A DNA stretch of 32,000 bases from Phycisphaera mikurensis NBRC 102666 (GTDB lineage Bacteria > Planctomycetota > Phycisphaerae > Phycisphaerales > Phycisphaeraceae). The notes beneath the pieces were generated by a model. It did not search any database. It saw only the letters and a program-made list of their open reading frames with translations, and was not told the DNA's origin. The stretch covers positions 1,410,001-1,442,000 of the forward strand of contig NC_017080.1 of NCBI RefSeq assembly GCF_000284115.1, given 5' to 3'. This document shows positions 8,742-16,884 of this stretch, one piece after another; the stretch's first letter is position 1, and each line of letters starts with the position of its first letter. Position numbers and translations under genes: made by a program.

Positions 8742-10772
8742 ATGACGCTCGACGCCGCCGACCGCCCGCTCCGCCTCGCCGCCGGGGTGCTCAACCAGAC
8801 CCCGCTGGATTTCGAGGGCAACGCCGCGCGGGTCCGCCGCGCCATCGACGACGCCCGCCGCCTGGGCGCGGCGTGGCTGTGCCTGCCGGAGCTGTGCCTC
8901 ACCGGCTACGGCTGCGAGGACGCCTTCCACGCCCCGTGGGTCTGGGAAGAGGCGACGCGGGTGCTGCTGGAGGAGGTCGCCCCGGCCAGCGCGGGCGTGC
9001 TCGTCGCGGTCGGATTGCCCGTGTTCCACCACGGCGCGCTGTACAACGCGGCGGCGGTCTGCTGCGACGGCGAGGTGGTCGGTCTGGTCGCCAAGCAGAA
9101 CCTCGCCGGCGACGGGCTGCACTACGAGCCGCGCTGGTTCAAGGCGTGGCCGGGCGGCCGCGCCGCGGAGCACGGGCTGCGTGGCGGAGACGGCGCGACG
9201 GTCCGCGTCCCGATGGGGGATCTGGTGTTCGTCGTCGACGGGGTGCGCCTCGGCTTTGAGATCTGCGAGGACGCGTGGGTCGCCGACCGCCCCGGCGGCC
9301 GCCTGGCCGGCCGCGGCGTCGACGTGATCTTCAATCCCTCCGCCAGCCACTTCGCCTTCGGCAAAGCCGACGTGCGCGAGGGCTTCGTCCGCAACGGGGC
9401 CCGGGCTTTCGGCGCCGCCTACGTCTACGCGAACCTGCTCGGCAACGAGGCGGGGCGGGCGATCTACGACGGCCACGCGCACATCGCCACGCCCGGGGCG
9501 CTGGTCGCCCGCGGCCCGCGGTTGATCTTCTCGGACGTCCACGTCACCGGCGCCGAGGTCGACGTGCAGACGCTGCGGGCGCACCGGGCGAGGCGCGTCG
9601 GCCACCGGCCCGACGTGGAAGGCGGGCCCAACGAGGTCGCCTGCTCCATTGCCGATCCGCCCGAGCCCGCCGCCGGCGTCCCGCCGCTCGCGACCGCGCA
9701 GGCGCCCTGGGTGAAGAAGGGCGACACGCACGTGAAGGAGGACGACTTCTGCCGGGCCGTCGCGCTGGGCCTCTTCGACTACGCCCGCAAGAGCCACAGC
9801 CGCGGCTTCGTGGTCAGCCTCTCGGGCGGGGCCGATTCCGCCGCCGTCGTCGCGCTCGTGGCCAAGGCCGTCGAGCTCGCCGGCAACGAGCTGGGACTGC
9901 CCGCGGTGGCGTCCGCGTGGGGGCTGGACCTGCCCGAGAACGCGACCCGGGAGGAGGTCGTCGCCGCCTCGCTGACGACGATCTACCAGGCCACGCGGAA
10001 CAGCGGCAACGCGACGAAGCACGCCGCGGAATCGCTCGCCGCCGGCATCGGCGCCACCCACCACCACGCCGACGTCGAGCCGCTGGTCGCGGGCTACACC
10101 GAGCGTGCCGAGGCCTGCTTCGGCCGGAAGCTCGCCTGGGAGACCGACGACGTCGCCCTGCAGAACATCCAGGCCCGGGTGCGGTCGCCGCTGGCGTGGA
10201 TGCTCGCCAACGTCGAGGGCAAGCTGCTGCTGTCCACCAGCAACCGCAGCGAGGCCGCCGTCGGCTACGCCACGATGGACGGCGACACCAGCGGCGGCCT
10301 GTGCCCGGTGGCCGGCATCGACAAGGCCTTCCTCCGCCACTGGCTCGGCTGGCTGGAGACCCACGGCCTCCACGGCGGCAGCCCGCTCCCGGAGCTGGCC
10401 GCGGTCAACGCGCTGCAGCCCACCGCGGAGCTGCGGCCGGCCGAGCAGGCCCAGACCGACGAGGGCGACCTGATGCCCTACCCGCTGCTGGACGTTTTCG
10501 AGGAGGCCGCCATCGGCCGCAAGCTCTCGCCCGCCCGCACGCTGGCCGAGGGCGTCAAGCGTTTCCCGCAGATCCCCGACGACCGCCTCCGCGTCTACCA
10601 CGCCCGCTTCTTCCGCCTGTTCGCCCGCAACCAGTGGAAGCGCGAGCGCTACGCCCCGGCCTTCCACGTGGACGACCGGAACCTGGACCCCAAGACCTGG
10701 TGCCGCTGGCCGATCCTCTCCGGCGGCTTCGAGCGGCAGCTGGCGCGGATCGCCGAGAACGGCTCCCGCTAG
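8742..10772 (+). CDS. nadE: glutamine-dependent NAD+ synthetase
   Basis: Within ORF 8493..10772, ATG at 8742 after GAGGA. N-terminal CN-hydrolase domain (CLPELCLTGYGCED, FEICEDAW). C-terminal NAD synthetase domain (SLSGGADSA P-loop, LSTSNRSE, GYATMDGD). Confidence 0.9.
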   Translation: MTLDAADRPLRLAAGVLNQTPLDFEGNAARVRRAIDDARRLGAAWLCLPELCLTGYGCEDAFHAPWVWEEATRVLLEEVAPASAGVLVAVGLPVFHHGALYNAAAVCCDGEVVGLVAKQNLAGDGLHYEPRWFKAWPGGRAAEHGLRGGDGATVRVPMGDLVFVVDGVRLGFEICEDAWVADRPGGRLAGRGVDVIFNPSASHFAFGKADVREGFVRNGARAFGAAYVYANLLGNEAGRAIYDGHAHIATPGALVARGPRLIFSDVHVTGAEVDVQTLRAHRARRVGHRPDVEGGPNEVACSIADPPEPAAGVPPLATAQAPWVKKGDTHVKEDDFCRAVALGLFDYARKSHSRGFVVSLSGGADSAAVVALVAKAVELAGNELGLPAVASAWGLDLPENATREEVVAASLTTIYQATRNSGNATKHAAESLAAGIGATHHHADVEPLVAGYTERAEACFGRKLAWETDDVALQNIQARVRSPLAWMLANVEGKLLLSTSNRSEAAVGYATMDGDTSGGLCPVAGIDKAFLRHWLGWLETHGLHGGSPLPELAAVNALQPTAELRPAEQAQTDEGDLMPYPLLDVFEEAAIGRKLSPARTLAEGVKRFPQIPDDRLRVYHARFFRLFARNQWKRERYAPAFHVDDRNLDPKTWCRWPILSGGFERQLARIAENGSR

Positions 10773-10805
10773 GTTCCGCCGCATGGCGACGCCGCCGCGC
10801 CGCGA

Positions 10806-11699
10806 TCAAGCCGCATGCCGGCGGCGAAGCACCAGCAGGCCGGCGACGGCGAGGGCGGCCGCCGCGGCGGGCTCGGGGATGGCGGTGTAGCCGATGGTGG
10901 CGAGGATCGCGAGGTCCGCGTCGGTGTAGACCCGCTCGGTCGTCCCCGAGAAGATCGCCGGGTTCATCAGGGAGTCGATGCCGGGTTCGAGGTGCGCCGC
11001 GTCGAAGTCGTCGCCGGTGACGGCGGTCCGGTGGCTCGTCCCGTCGGCGGCGGCGAAGAAGACCGGGCCCTCCAGGTCGCTGGCGGTGCCGACGTAGTTG
11101 CCGCTGGCGTCGATCAGCGGGTTGCCATCGGCGTCCCGCAGCGACGCGTCGTAGATGCCGTAGATGCGGTCGTTGCTGGCGAAGACCCCGCTGCCGTCCT
11201 CGCCGTCGATGAGGCTCAGCCAGCCCAGCGCGTGCGTGAACTCGTGCAGCGCAACCGACCGGAAGTCGCTCTCGCCGGAGCTGATCCCCGTGGGGTCGGC
11301 CCCCGTGTAGAAGTCCTGGTTGCGGTTCCACTCGATCGAGGCCGTGTTGCCCGAGATCGCCTCGCCGCCGAGGATCTCCCGCTCGACCTGCCCGCGGATG
11401 GGACCCTCCGCCGAGGTGGAGAAGCTGTACGTCTGCCCGCCGCGGGCCAGCGTGGACGAGCCGTTGCTGAACGTGGTCACCTCGAACGACACCGTGGCCG
11501 TGTACGCGGAGAGAAGGCCCGCGAGGTAGTCGCCGGTCTCGGTGAGGGTGTCCCGCCGGGCCTGCCCTTCGGCGGTGGCGGTGCTGAAGAACGTGGCGTT
11601 GGAAGGGTCGCTGAAGTCGAAGTCGAAGACGACGGCTCCGTTGGCGGCGGGCGTGCCGGCCACGAGGAGCGAGGCGGCGAGGGCGGAGGTGCGGATCAT
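10806..11699 (-). CDS. secreted zinc metalloprotease-like protein with C-terminal PEP-CTERM anchor
   Basis: ORF 10806..11699. Signal peptide MIRTSALAASLLVAGTPAANG. HEFTHALG (HExxHxxG) zinc motif. C-terminus IPEPAAAAALAVAGLLVLRRR is the PEP motif plus TM helix plus basic tail. Confidence 0.75.
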   Translation of the reverse strand: MIRTSALAASLLVAGTPAANGAVVFDFDFSDPSNATFFSTATAEGQARRDTLTETGDYLAGLLSAYTATVSFEVTTFSNGSSTLARGGQTYSFSTSAEGPIRGQVEREILGGEAISGNTASIEWNRNQDFYTGADPTGISSGESDFRSVALHEFTHALGWLSLIDGEDGSGVFASNDRIYGIYDASLRDADGNPLIDASGNYVGTASDLEGPVFFAAADGTSHRTAVTGDDFDAAHLEPGIDSLMNPAIFSGTTERVYTDADLAILATIGYTAIPEPAAAAALAVAGLLVLRRRHAA

Positions 11700-11862
11700 G
11701 GGTGTCTCCCAGAAGGGTCGGCGGGGCGGCGGAGACTAACGCCTTCCTTGGTCCTCCGATCGGGCGGCACGCCCACGCGACGCCACCGCCGTGGCGGCAT
11801 CGAGCGACCCGCAGCCAGCCGGTGGACGATCGGACGATGAATCGCGAGCCGCGGCCGGAGCC

Positions 11863-12453
11863 TCAGCCCCGCGCCAGCGCCAGGATCAGCTCGATCTTCC
11901 CCACGTGTTCGCCGGTGCGGGCGGCAATCGCCGGCGGGTCGAGGCCTTCGGTGGCGAGGCGGCTGACCTCGGCGCGGAGGGCGTCGGCCGCGGCCGGCGG
12001 GGGGCTGGGCGGTGGCGGGCTGGGCGGTGGCGGGGCCCCCGAGCCGATCGCCGGAGGAGCCGCGGGCCCGGCGGCCTCGGGCGCCCGCGCCGCGGCCACG
12101 GCGGCTGCGCGCGTCGCCGCGTCGAGCCGGTGGATCACCCGCTCGGCTTCGTCCAGCAGGGCCTCCACGCGCGAGGCCTTGTTGTCGAGCTGGGCCCCCA
12201 CGCGGCGGGCCATCTCCTCGATCGCGATCGAGACCGCCTCCAGGTCCTTCCGCTGGCCGTCCTTCAAGCGTGCGTCGGCCCGGGCGTGGTCGAGCCGGTC
12301 GCGCGCGGTGGTGGACGAGGCGGCGCCGCGCTTGCGGTTGCGGAGCAGCGTCATGAGGCTCGCGATCACCAGCAGGATGCCGCCGACCAGGAGCGCCTGC
12401 ACCCACACCGGCTCGCCGCCGTCCGCTGACGCCTGCGCCAGCACGCCGGTCAC
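11863..12453 (-). CDS. membrane-anchored coiled-coil protein with Pro-rich linker and C-terminal HTH-like tail (DUF2802-like)
   Basis: Within ORF 11863..12672. GTG at 12453 overlaps the upstream stop (GTGA). TM helix VQALLVGGILLVIASLMTLL, helical central part, PPPPSPPPPSPPP linker, tail GLDPPAIAARTGEHVGKIELILALARG. Start uncertain (alternatives GTG at 12408 or 12402). Confidence 0.5.
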   Translation of the reverse strand: MTGVLAQASADGGEPVWVQALLVGGILLVIASLMTLLRNRKRGAASSTTARDRLDHARADARLKDGQRKDLEAVSIAIEEMARRVGAQLDNKASRVEALLDEAERVIHRLDAATRAAAVAAARAPEAAGPAAPPAIGSGAPPPPSPPPPSPPPAAADALRAEVSRLATEGLDPPAIAARTGEHVGKIELILALARG

Positions 12454-12929
12454 GAGGACGGCCCCGCCGACAGCAGCGACCGCGACGCCGCCTCCGCCGC
12501 GAGCATCACCACCCGGAACGGCACGCCCGCCGCGGCCGCCCGCTCCGCCACGCCGTCCGCCTCCGGCCGGGCGAAGAGCCGCTCGCGGCCCAGCGTGCCG
12601 AGCTTGACGGACACCGGGCCGTACACGGTGTCGACCTCGTGGTGGGAGCGCTCCACGACCGTCCGCTCCCAAGCCCGCCGCCGCACGCCGAAGCTGCCCG
12701 TTTCCCGCAGCAGCGCGATCGAGAGCCGCGCCGCGTCGGCTTCCCGCACCAGGGCCGAGACGATCGTGCCCGGCCGCCCCTTCTTCATCTGGATGGGCGT
12801 GAGCCAGGCGTCGAGGGCGCCCGCGGCCAGGAGCGCCGCCGCGGCGTGTCCGAGCGTCTCGCCGGTGGCGTCGTCCACGTTGGCCGCCAGCTCGACCACG
12901 GCCTCGGGGGTGTCGGCTCCGGGTTGCAT
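12450..12929 (-). CDS. LarC-family (DUF111) C-terminal domain protein, stand-alone
   Basis: Last 159 codons of ORF 12450..14423, starting at ATG 12929. Motifs NVDDATGE, AGALDAWLTPIQMKKGRPG, LLRETGSFGVRRR, YGPVSVK match the C-terminal half of LarC nickel-insertion proteins. No N-terminal half is encoded upstream. Confidence 0.65.
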   Translation of the reverse strand: MQPGADTPEAVVELAANVDDATGETLGHAAAALLAAGALDAWLTPIQMKKGRPGTIVSALVREADAARLSIALLRETGSFGVRRRAWERTVVERSHHEVDTVYGPVSVKLGTLGRERLFARPEADGVAERAAAAGVPFRVVMLAAEAASRSLLSAGPSS

Positions 12930-13000
12930 GGGCCCAGCGTACGGGGCTCCGCTTCGGTCACCGGAGCGGCTCGGCCTCGGGAAGAGCCGTCGGCGGAGCC

Positions 13001-13726
13001 TCAGTGCGTCAGCGCATACGCCAGGATGTTCACGTTGAGCTTCCGGGCGCTCTTGATCTCGTTGCCGCCGCAGCAGCAGCAGTCGTCGTCGGCGAACTCG
13101 GTGTCGTTGAGGCCGTCGGGGCTCCAGAGCAGCACGACGCGGCCGTCCAGCGAGATCGTCCGCAGCTCCGGCAGGCGGTCTCTGCCTTTCTTGTACTTCG
13201 AGAGGTGGACGTCGTAGACGGTGTGGAAGGCGGGGTGGTCGGCCTCGAGCACCTCCAGCTCGGCGTCGGGGAAGATCTGCCGCACGGCCTCGCCGAAGGA
13301 GGCGTTCCAGGCGGTGGACGAGCAGCTGGCCGAGCCGACCAGGAAGCCGCCGCTGGTGAGGTAGAGCCGCAGGTTCTCGACCTCGTCGTCGGAGAGCCGG
13401 AAGCGGCCGTCGCCGGACATCACGCTGAAGGGGTGGTTGAACAGGTCCGGCGAGCCGGCCTGCACGGCCTCGAAGCCGCCGGTGGTGGCGACCTCGCTGT
13501 CGGCGGAGATCTGCCGGAGGAAGTGGTCGGCGAAGCAGGTGCTGGTCTTGCCGCCGCCGTAGATGAGGTTGCCGCAGGTGACGACGCCGGGGCCGGCAGG
13601 CTCCTGCTGCGCGCCGGCGGGAACGAAGAGGACGGCAGCGAGAAGCAGCGCCAGAATCCGCGGACCGTGGGCACAAAGCGGCCAAGCGTGCGACGGTCCG
13701 CGGCGGCGGGGGGCGGGGTGCTTCAT
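13001..13726 (-). CDS. DUF4159 domain protein (GATase1-like, Bat-cluster associated)
   Basis: Within ORF 13001..14191. ATG at 13726 overlaps the upstream stop (ATGA). Signal peptide ILALLLAAVLFVPAGAQ. Family-typical TCFADHFL, SGGFLVGSASC, CCCCGGNEI. Confidence 0.75.
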   Translation of the reverse strand: MKHPAPRRRGPSHAWPLCAHGPRILALLLAAVLFVPAGAQQEPAGPGVVTCGNLIYGGGKTSTCFADHFLRQISADSEVATTGGFEAVQAGSPDLFNHPFSVMSGDGRFRLSDDEVENLRLYLTSGGFLVGSASCSSTAWNASFGEAVRQIFPDAELEVLEADHPAFHTVYDVHLSKYKKGRDRLPELRTISLDGRVVLLWSPDGLNDTEFADDDCCCCGGNEIKSARKLNVNILAYALTH

Positions 13727-16700
13727 GGGGTGGTTTCTGCGGAGGAGGTGTCGGCCTCGTCGGCGAGGCGTTGGAAGTAGGCGGCGGCGTCGGCCCGGTA
13801 GCGGGGGGCAACGCCGGCGGTGCGGGCGGAGGCAGCATCCGCGGGGGCGGACACGCCGGCCTCGATGGACTCGGAGAACACCTCGCCGGCGAGCGCGACG
13901 CCGCCGGCGTCGCCGGGGCCGCGGCCGGAACCGGGGCCCGACCCGGCCCCGTCCACGGGAACACCAGCGAGCGCGGCGTGGACGCCGGCGAGCGCCGCGG
14001 CGGTGGCCGCGCCCGGGGCGAGGCCCGCGGCGGAGCCCGCGGCACCGGTGCCGACCCCGCTGCCGCTGGCGAGGAAGCCCGGCTGGCCGCGGCCGGTGCC
14101 GGTGCCCCGCCCGCCGGGACCGGGTCGGGGCCGGCTGCCGGCCATCTCGTCGAGCGCCGCCTGCATCTGCGCTTCGGTGAGCGTGAGGCACACGTCGTCG
14201 CAGGGCTGGCCGGGGCCGACCCGCACCTGTTGCACCAAGCTCGCGAGGGCGGTGGCGATCTCGGCCGTGGCGGCGGCGGCGGGACCGGCGCTGCCCGAGG
14301 CGGCCGAGGCGATGGCCTCGTCGAACGCCGGCTCCAGCGCGAGAGCTTCGACGGCGTCGGCGATGTCGGCGGCCTGCGCGGACAGCTTCGGGACGCGTTC
14401 GACGGAGGCTTCCGCCGCTCCACGGAGCGCGTCGATCGTGACGTAGAGCTCTTGCTCCAGCGCCTCCTGCCGCTCGGCGACGGCGGCGTACGCGGCGTCC
14501 CGCTGCTCGCCCGCGGGCTTGCCGCGGAGCGCTGCGGCCTCGTCGGCGATGGCCCGCTGCTCGCGGATCGAGGTCATCAGCCGGTCGCGGAGGCCGAAGA
14601 GCTCGTCGGCGGCGGCGAGGCGCCGCAGGTCGTGCTGTGCAGGAGTCGCCGCGTCGGATGCCGGCCGCAGGGCGTACGCGCCGTCGGCGAGTTCCTCGCT
14701 GGCGGAGGGGCCGGCGGGATCGGCGGAAGCGCCGACGGAGCCCGGGGCGCCCGGCGCCTGCGGCGGGCCATCGGGTGCCGGCTCCGCCACGTCCTCCTGC
14801 TCGCCCGCGGCCCGCTGCGCCGCGGCGGCGAGGTCGCGGATGGCGTCCGCCGTTTCGCGATCGCCGGCGGCGAGGGAGGCCTCGAAGCCATAGCCCTTGA
14901 GCCGGTCGGCCCGCTTCTCGAAGGCCTCGGCCAGCGCGTCCGAGGCGGCGGTCAGGCGGCGGAGCGCGGCGGCCGCGGCCTCGCGGTCGGCGGCGAGCGA
15001 CGCGGCGTCTCCGCCGGCCTCCGCGCGGGCGGCGAGGCCGGCCAGCGTCTCGGCGAGCCGCTCCCGCTCGGCGTCGAGCAGCGACACCGCGTCGTCGAGG
15101 GCTCGCTGCTCTTCGAGCAGGTCGGCGGCGCGGCGCTGCTCGCGGAGGAGCTCCTTCATCTCCTCGTCGGAGACGATCAGCACGCCGAACTCCGCGGGCT
15201 CGGACCGCTGCGACCCGCCGAGGGCGGTGGGGCGGTTGTCCTCGGCGACCACGCGGCCGCGCACATAGTCGCCGGGCACCAGGCCCATGGCGGCGGGGAT
15301 GATGGAAACGCCGGCCGTCGCGTCGCCGGGACCGGCCAGCGGCGAGCCCTCGATCGCGAGGTCGCGCTCCGGCGAGAGGCCGGGCCGGGCCGCCTCCTCC
15401 GGCGCGGCGAGCACGCCGCGCTCCTCGGCGTAGCCGGCGCCGGCCACGGCCACGTCGTCGCGCAGCGACAGCGGCACGTCCAGCGTCTGGCTCACCGCGA
15501 GGCGGACGACCGGCGGCTCGAGCCCGACGGCGGCGACGGGCGGGGCGTCGGGCACGGCGTCGATGCGGAGGCGAAGGGCCTCTGTGGCTTCGCCTCCGGC
15601 GAGGGCGGAGGCGAGGGCGACGCGGAAGTCGCCGCTCTCGGTGACCTCCGAGCGGTGGATCGCGCGGGTGGCGCCCCTTCCCTCGACCCAGCCCGCAGTC
15701 GGCTCGACGCCCGCCGGCCCGGCGGAGATCTCCGCCAGCGGCACCCGCGTCTCCACCGCGATCTCAACCGTCGTGCCGGCGAGCGCCCGGAGCTTCAGGT
15801 GCGGCGGGAGGGTCTCCGCGTCCTCGGCGTCGGGGACGAACGGCGCCGGGATCCGCACCGTCTTCGCCGGCCGGCCGGTGTACGCCGGCGGCGTCAGCGT
15901 GACGGTGCCGCCGACGACGCGCGGCGAGACGTCGACCGGAAGCGACACCCAGCGCCCGCCGCCCAGGTCGCTCTCGACCCGGGCGTGCAGCGTCGCGGCG
16001 ACGGGCGCGGCGACCCGGCCGCGGAAGCGGCGGACGCCGGGCTGGTCCTTCTCCGACGCGCCGCCCCAGGCCACACCCACCCGCGTCAGCGGCACCGGCT
16101 CGGCCGCGTCGCCGAGGATCAGCGAGGCGCGGACGGCCGGCCGCGACCTCTCGCCGGAATCGTGCTCGGGTGCCAGCCCGAGCATCGAGACCCACCACGG
16201 CCACGCGTCGCGGATCGTCACCTCCAGCGTCGCGGGCTCGCCGGCGACCAGCGGCCGGCGGGGCTCCACGGCGAAGGCGTGCGGCGTCCAGCCGGGCAGC
16301 TCGGTGAGCGGGCGGACCATCCGGCCGAGAGACACCGCGGCGGCGGTCGGCAGCAGGACCACGAAGAGGGCGGCGAGCAGCAGCGTCTCGCCGAGCCAGC
16401 CGCGGGCGCGGCGGGCGGGGGCAGTGTCGGCCAAGGCGGCGGCGTCGCCGAGGCCCGCGGCCGCGGCGTCGCCGCGCTTGATGGCCCGGCGGCGGAGCCC
16501 GGCGGCGCCCGCCGCATCCGGCCGGGCCAACTCGTCGGCGCCGCGGAAGCGGCCGTCGCCGCGGACGCCGGCTGCCCGCTCCAGCGCCTCGACCCCCCGC
16601 TCCGCGGCGTCGCGGTCATCCGCGGCGAGCCGCCAGCCGGCCCAGCCCCCCGCGACCATCACCGGCAGCGCGAGCAGCCGCAGCGGTGCCGGCACCGGCA

Positions 16701-16884
16701 GCGCCAGGTCGAGCAGCAGCCATCCCAGCAGGCCCGCCGCGGACCCCGCCGCCGCGCCCCAGGCCCGTGCCGCGAGGCCGATGAGGCGGACCCGGGACGC
16801 GTACGCCTCGGCCGCCGCGTCCAGCCGCGCCGGCCGCGCGACGGCCGCCTCGGCTCCCATCGGATTCGTGTGCGCCAGGGTCAT
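13723..16884 (-). CDS. large membrane protein, DUF4175-like (N-terminal TM helices, long extracytoplasmic and coiled-coil region)
   Basis: Within ORF 13723..16965. ATG at 16884 overlaps the upstream stop (ATGA). N-terminal hydrophobic helices. Extended Ala/Glu/Arg-rich helical segments. Position in a MoxR/VWA cluster. Confidence 0.6.
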   Translation of the reverse strand: MTLAHTNPMGAEAAVARPARLDAAAEAYASRVRLIGLAARAWGAAAGSAAGLLGWLLLDLALPVPAPLRLLALPVMVAGGWAGWRLAADDRDAAERGVEALERAAGVRGDGRFRGADELARPDAAGAAGLRRRAIKRGDAAAAGLGDAAALADTAPARRARGWLGETLLLAALFVVLLPTAAAVSLGRMVRPLTELPGWTPHAFAVEPRRPLVAGEPATLEVTIRDAWPWWVSMLGLAPEHDSGERSRPAVRASLILGDAAEPVPLTRVGVAWGGASEKDQPGVRRFRGRVAAPVAATLHARVESDLGGGRWVSLPVDVSPRVVGGTVTLTPPAYTGRPAKTVRIPAPFVPDAEDAETLPPHLKLRALAGTTVEIAVETRVPLAEISAGPAGVEPTAGWVEGRGATRAIHRSEVTESGDFRVALASALAGGEATEALRLRIDAVPDAPPVAAVGLEPPVVRLAVSQTLDVPLSLRDDVAVAGAGYAEERGVLAAPEEAARPGLSPERDLAIEGSPLAGPGDATAGVSIIPAAMGLVPGDYVRGRVVAEDNRPTALGGSQRSEPAEFGVLIVSDEEMKELLREQRRAADLLEEQRALDDAVSLLDAERERLAETLAGLAARAEAGGDAASLAADREAAAAALRRLTAASDALAEAFEKRADRLKGYGFEASLAAGDRETADAIRDLAAAAQRAAGEQEDVAEPAPDGPPQAPGAPGSVGASADPAGPSASEELADGAYALRPASDAATPAQHDLRRLAAADELFGLRDRLMTSIREQRAIADEAAALRGKPAGEQRDAAYAAVAERQEALEQELYVTIDALRGAAEASVERVPKLSAQAADIADAVEALALEPAFDEAIASAASGSAGPAAAATAEIATALASLVQQVRVGPGQPCDDVCLTLTEAQMQAALDEMAGSRPRPGPGGRGTGTGRGQPGFLASGSGVGTGAAGSAAGLAPGAATAAALAGVHAALAGVPVDGAGSGPGSGRGPGDAGGVALAGEVFSESIEAGVSAPADAASARTAGVAPRYRADAAAYFQRLADEADTSSAETTP

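Noticed and set aside
7272-10784. 1170-aa minus-strand ORF spanning the pheA 3' end, the lpxR-like gene and nadE.
   Set aside because: It is out of frame or antisense relative to three genes with clear family motifs. The translation is Arg/Pro-rich junk.
12944-13000. Two adjacent GC hairpins (GCTCCG/CGGAGC at 12946-12967, CGGCTC/GAGCCG at 12967-12989) in the DUF4159 to LarC-like spacer, considered as a terminator.
   Set aside because: The stems are short with alternative pairings and no U-tract. They are mentioned under the LarC finding but not annotated as a feature.
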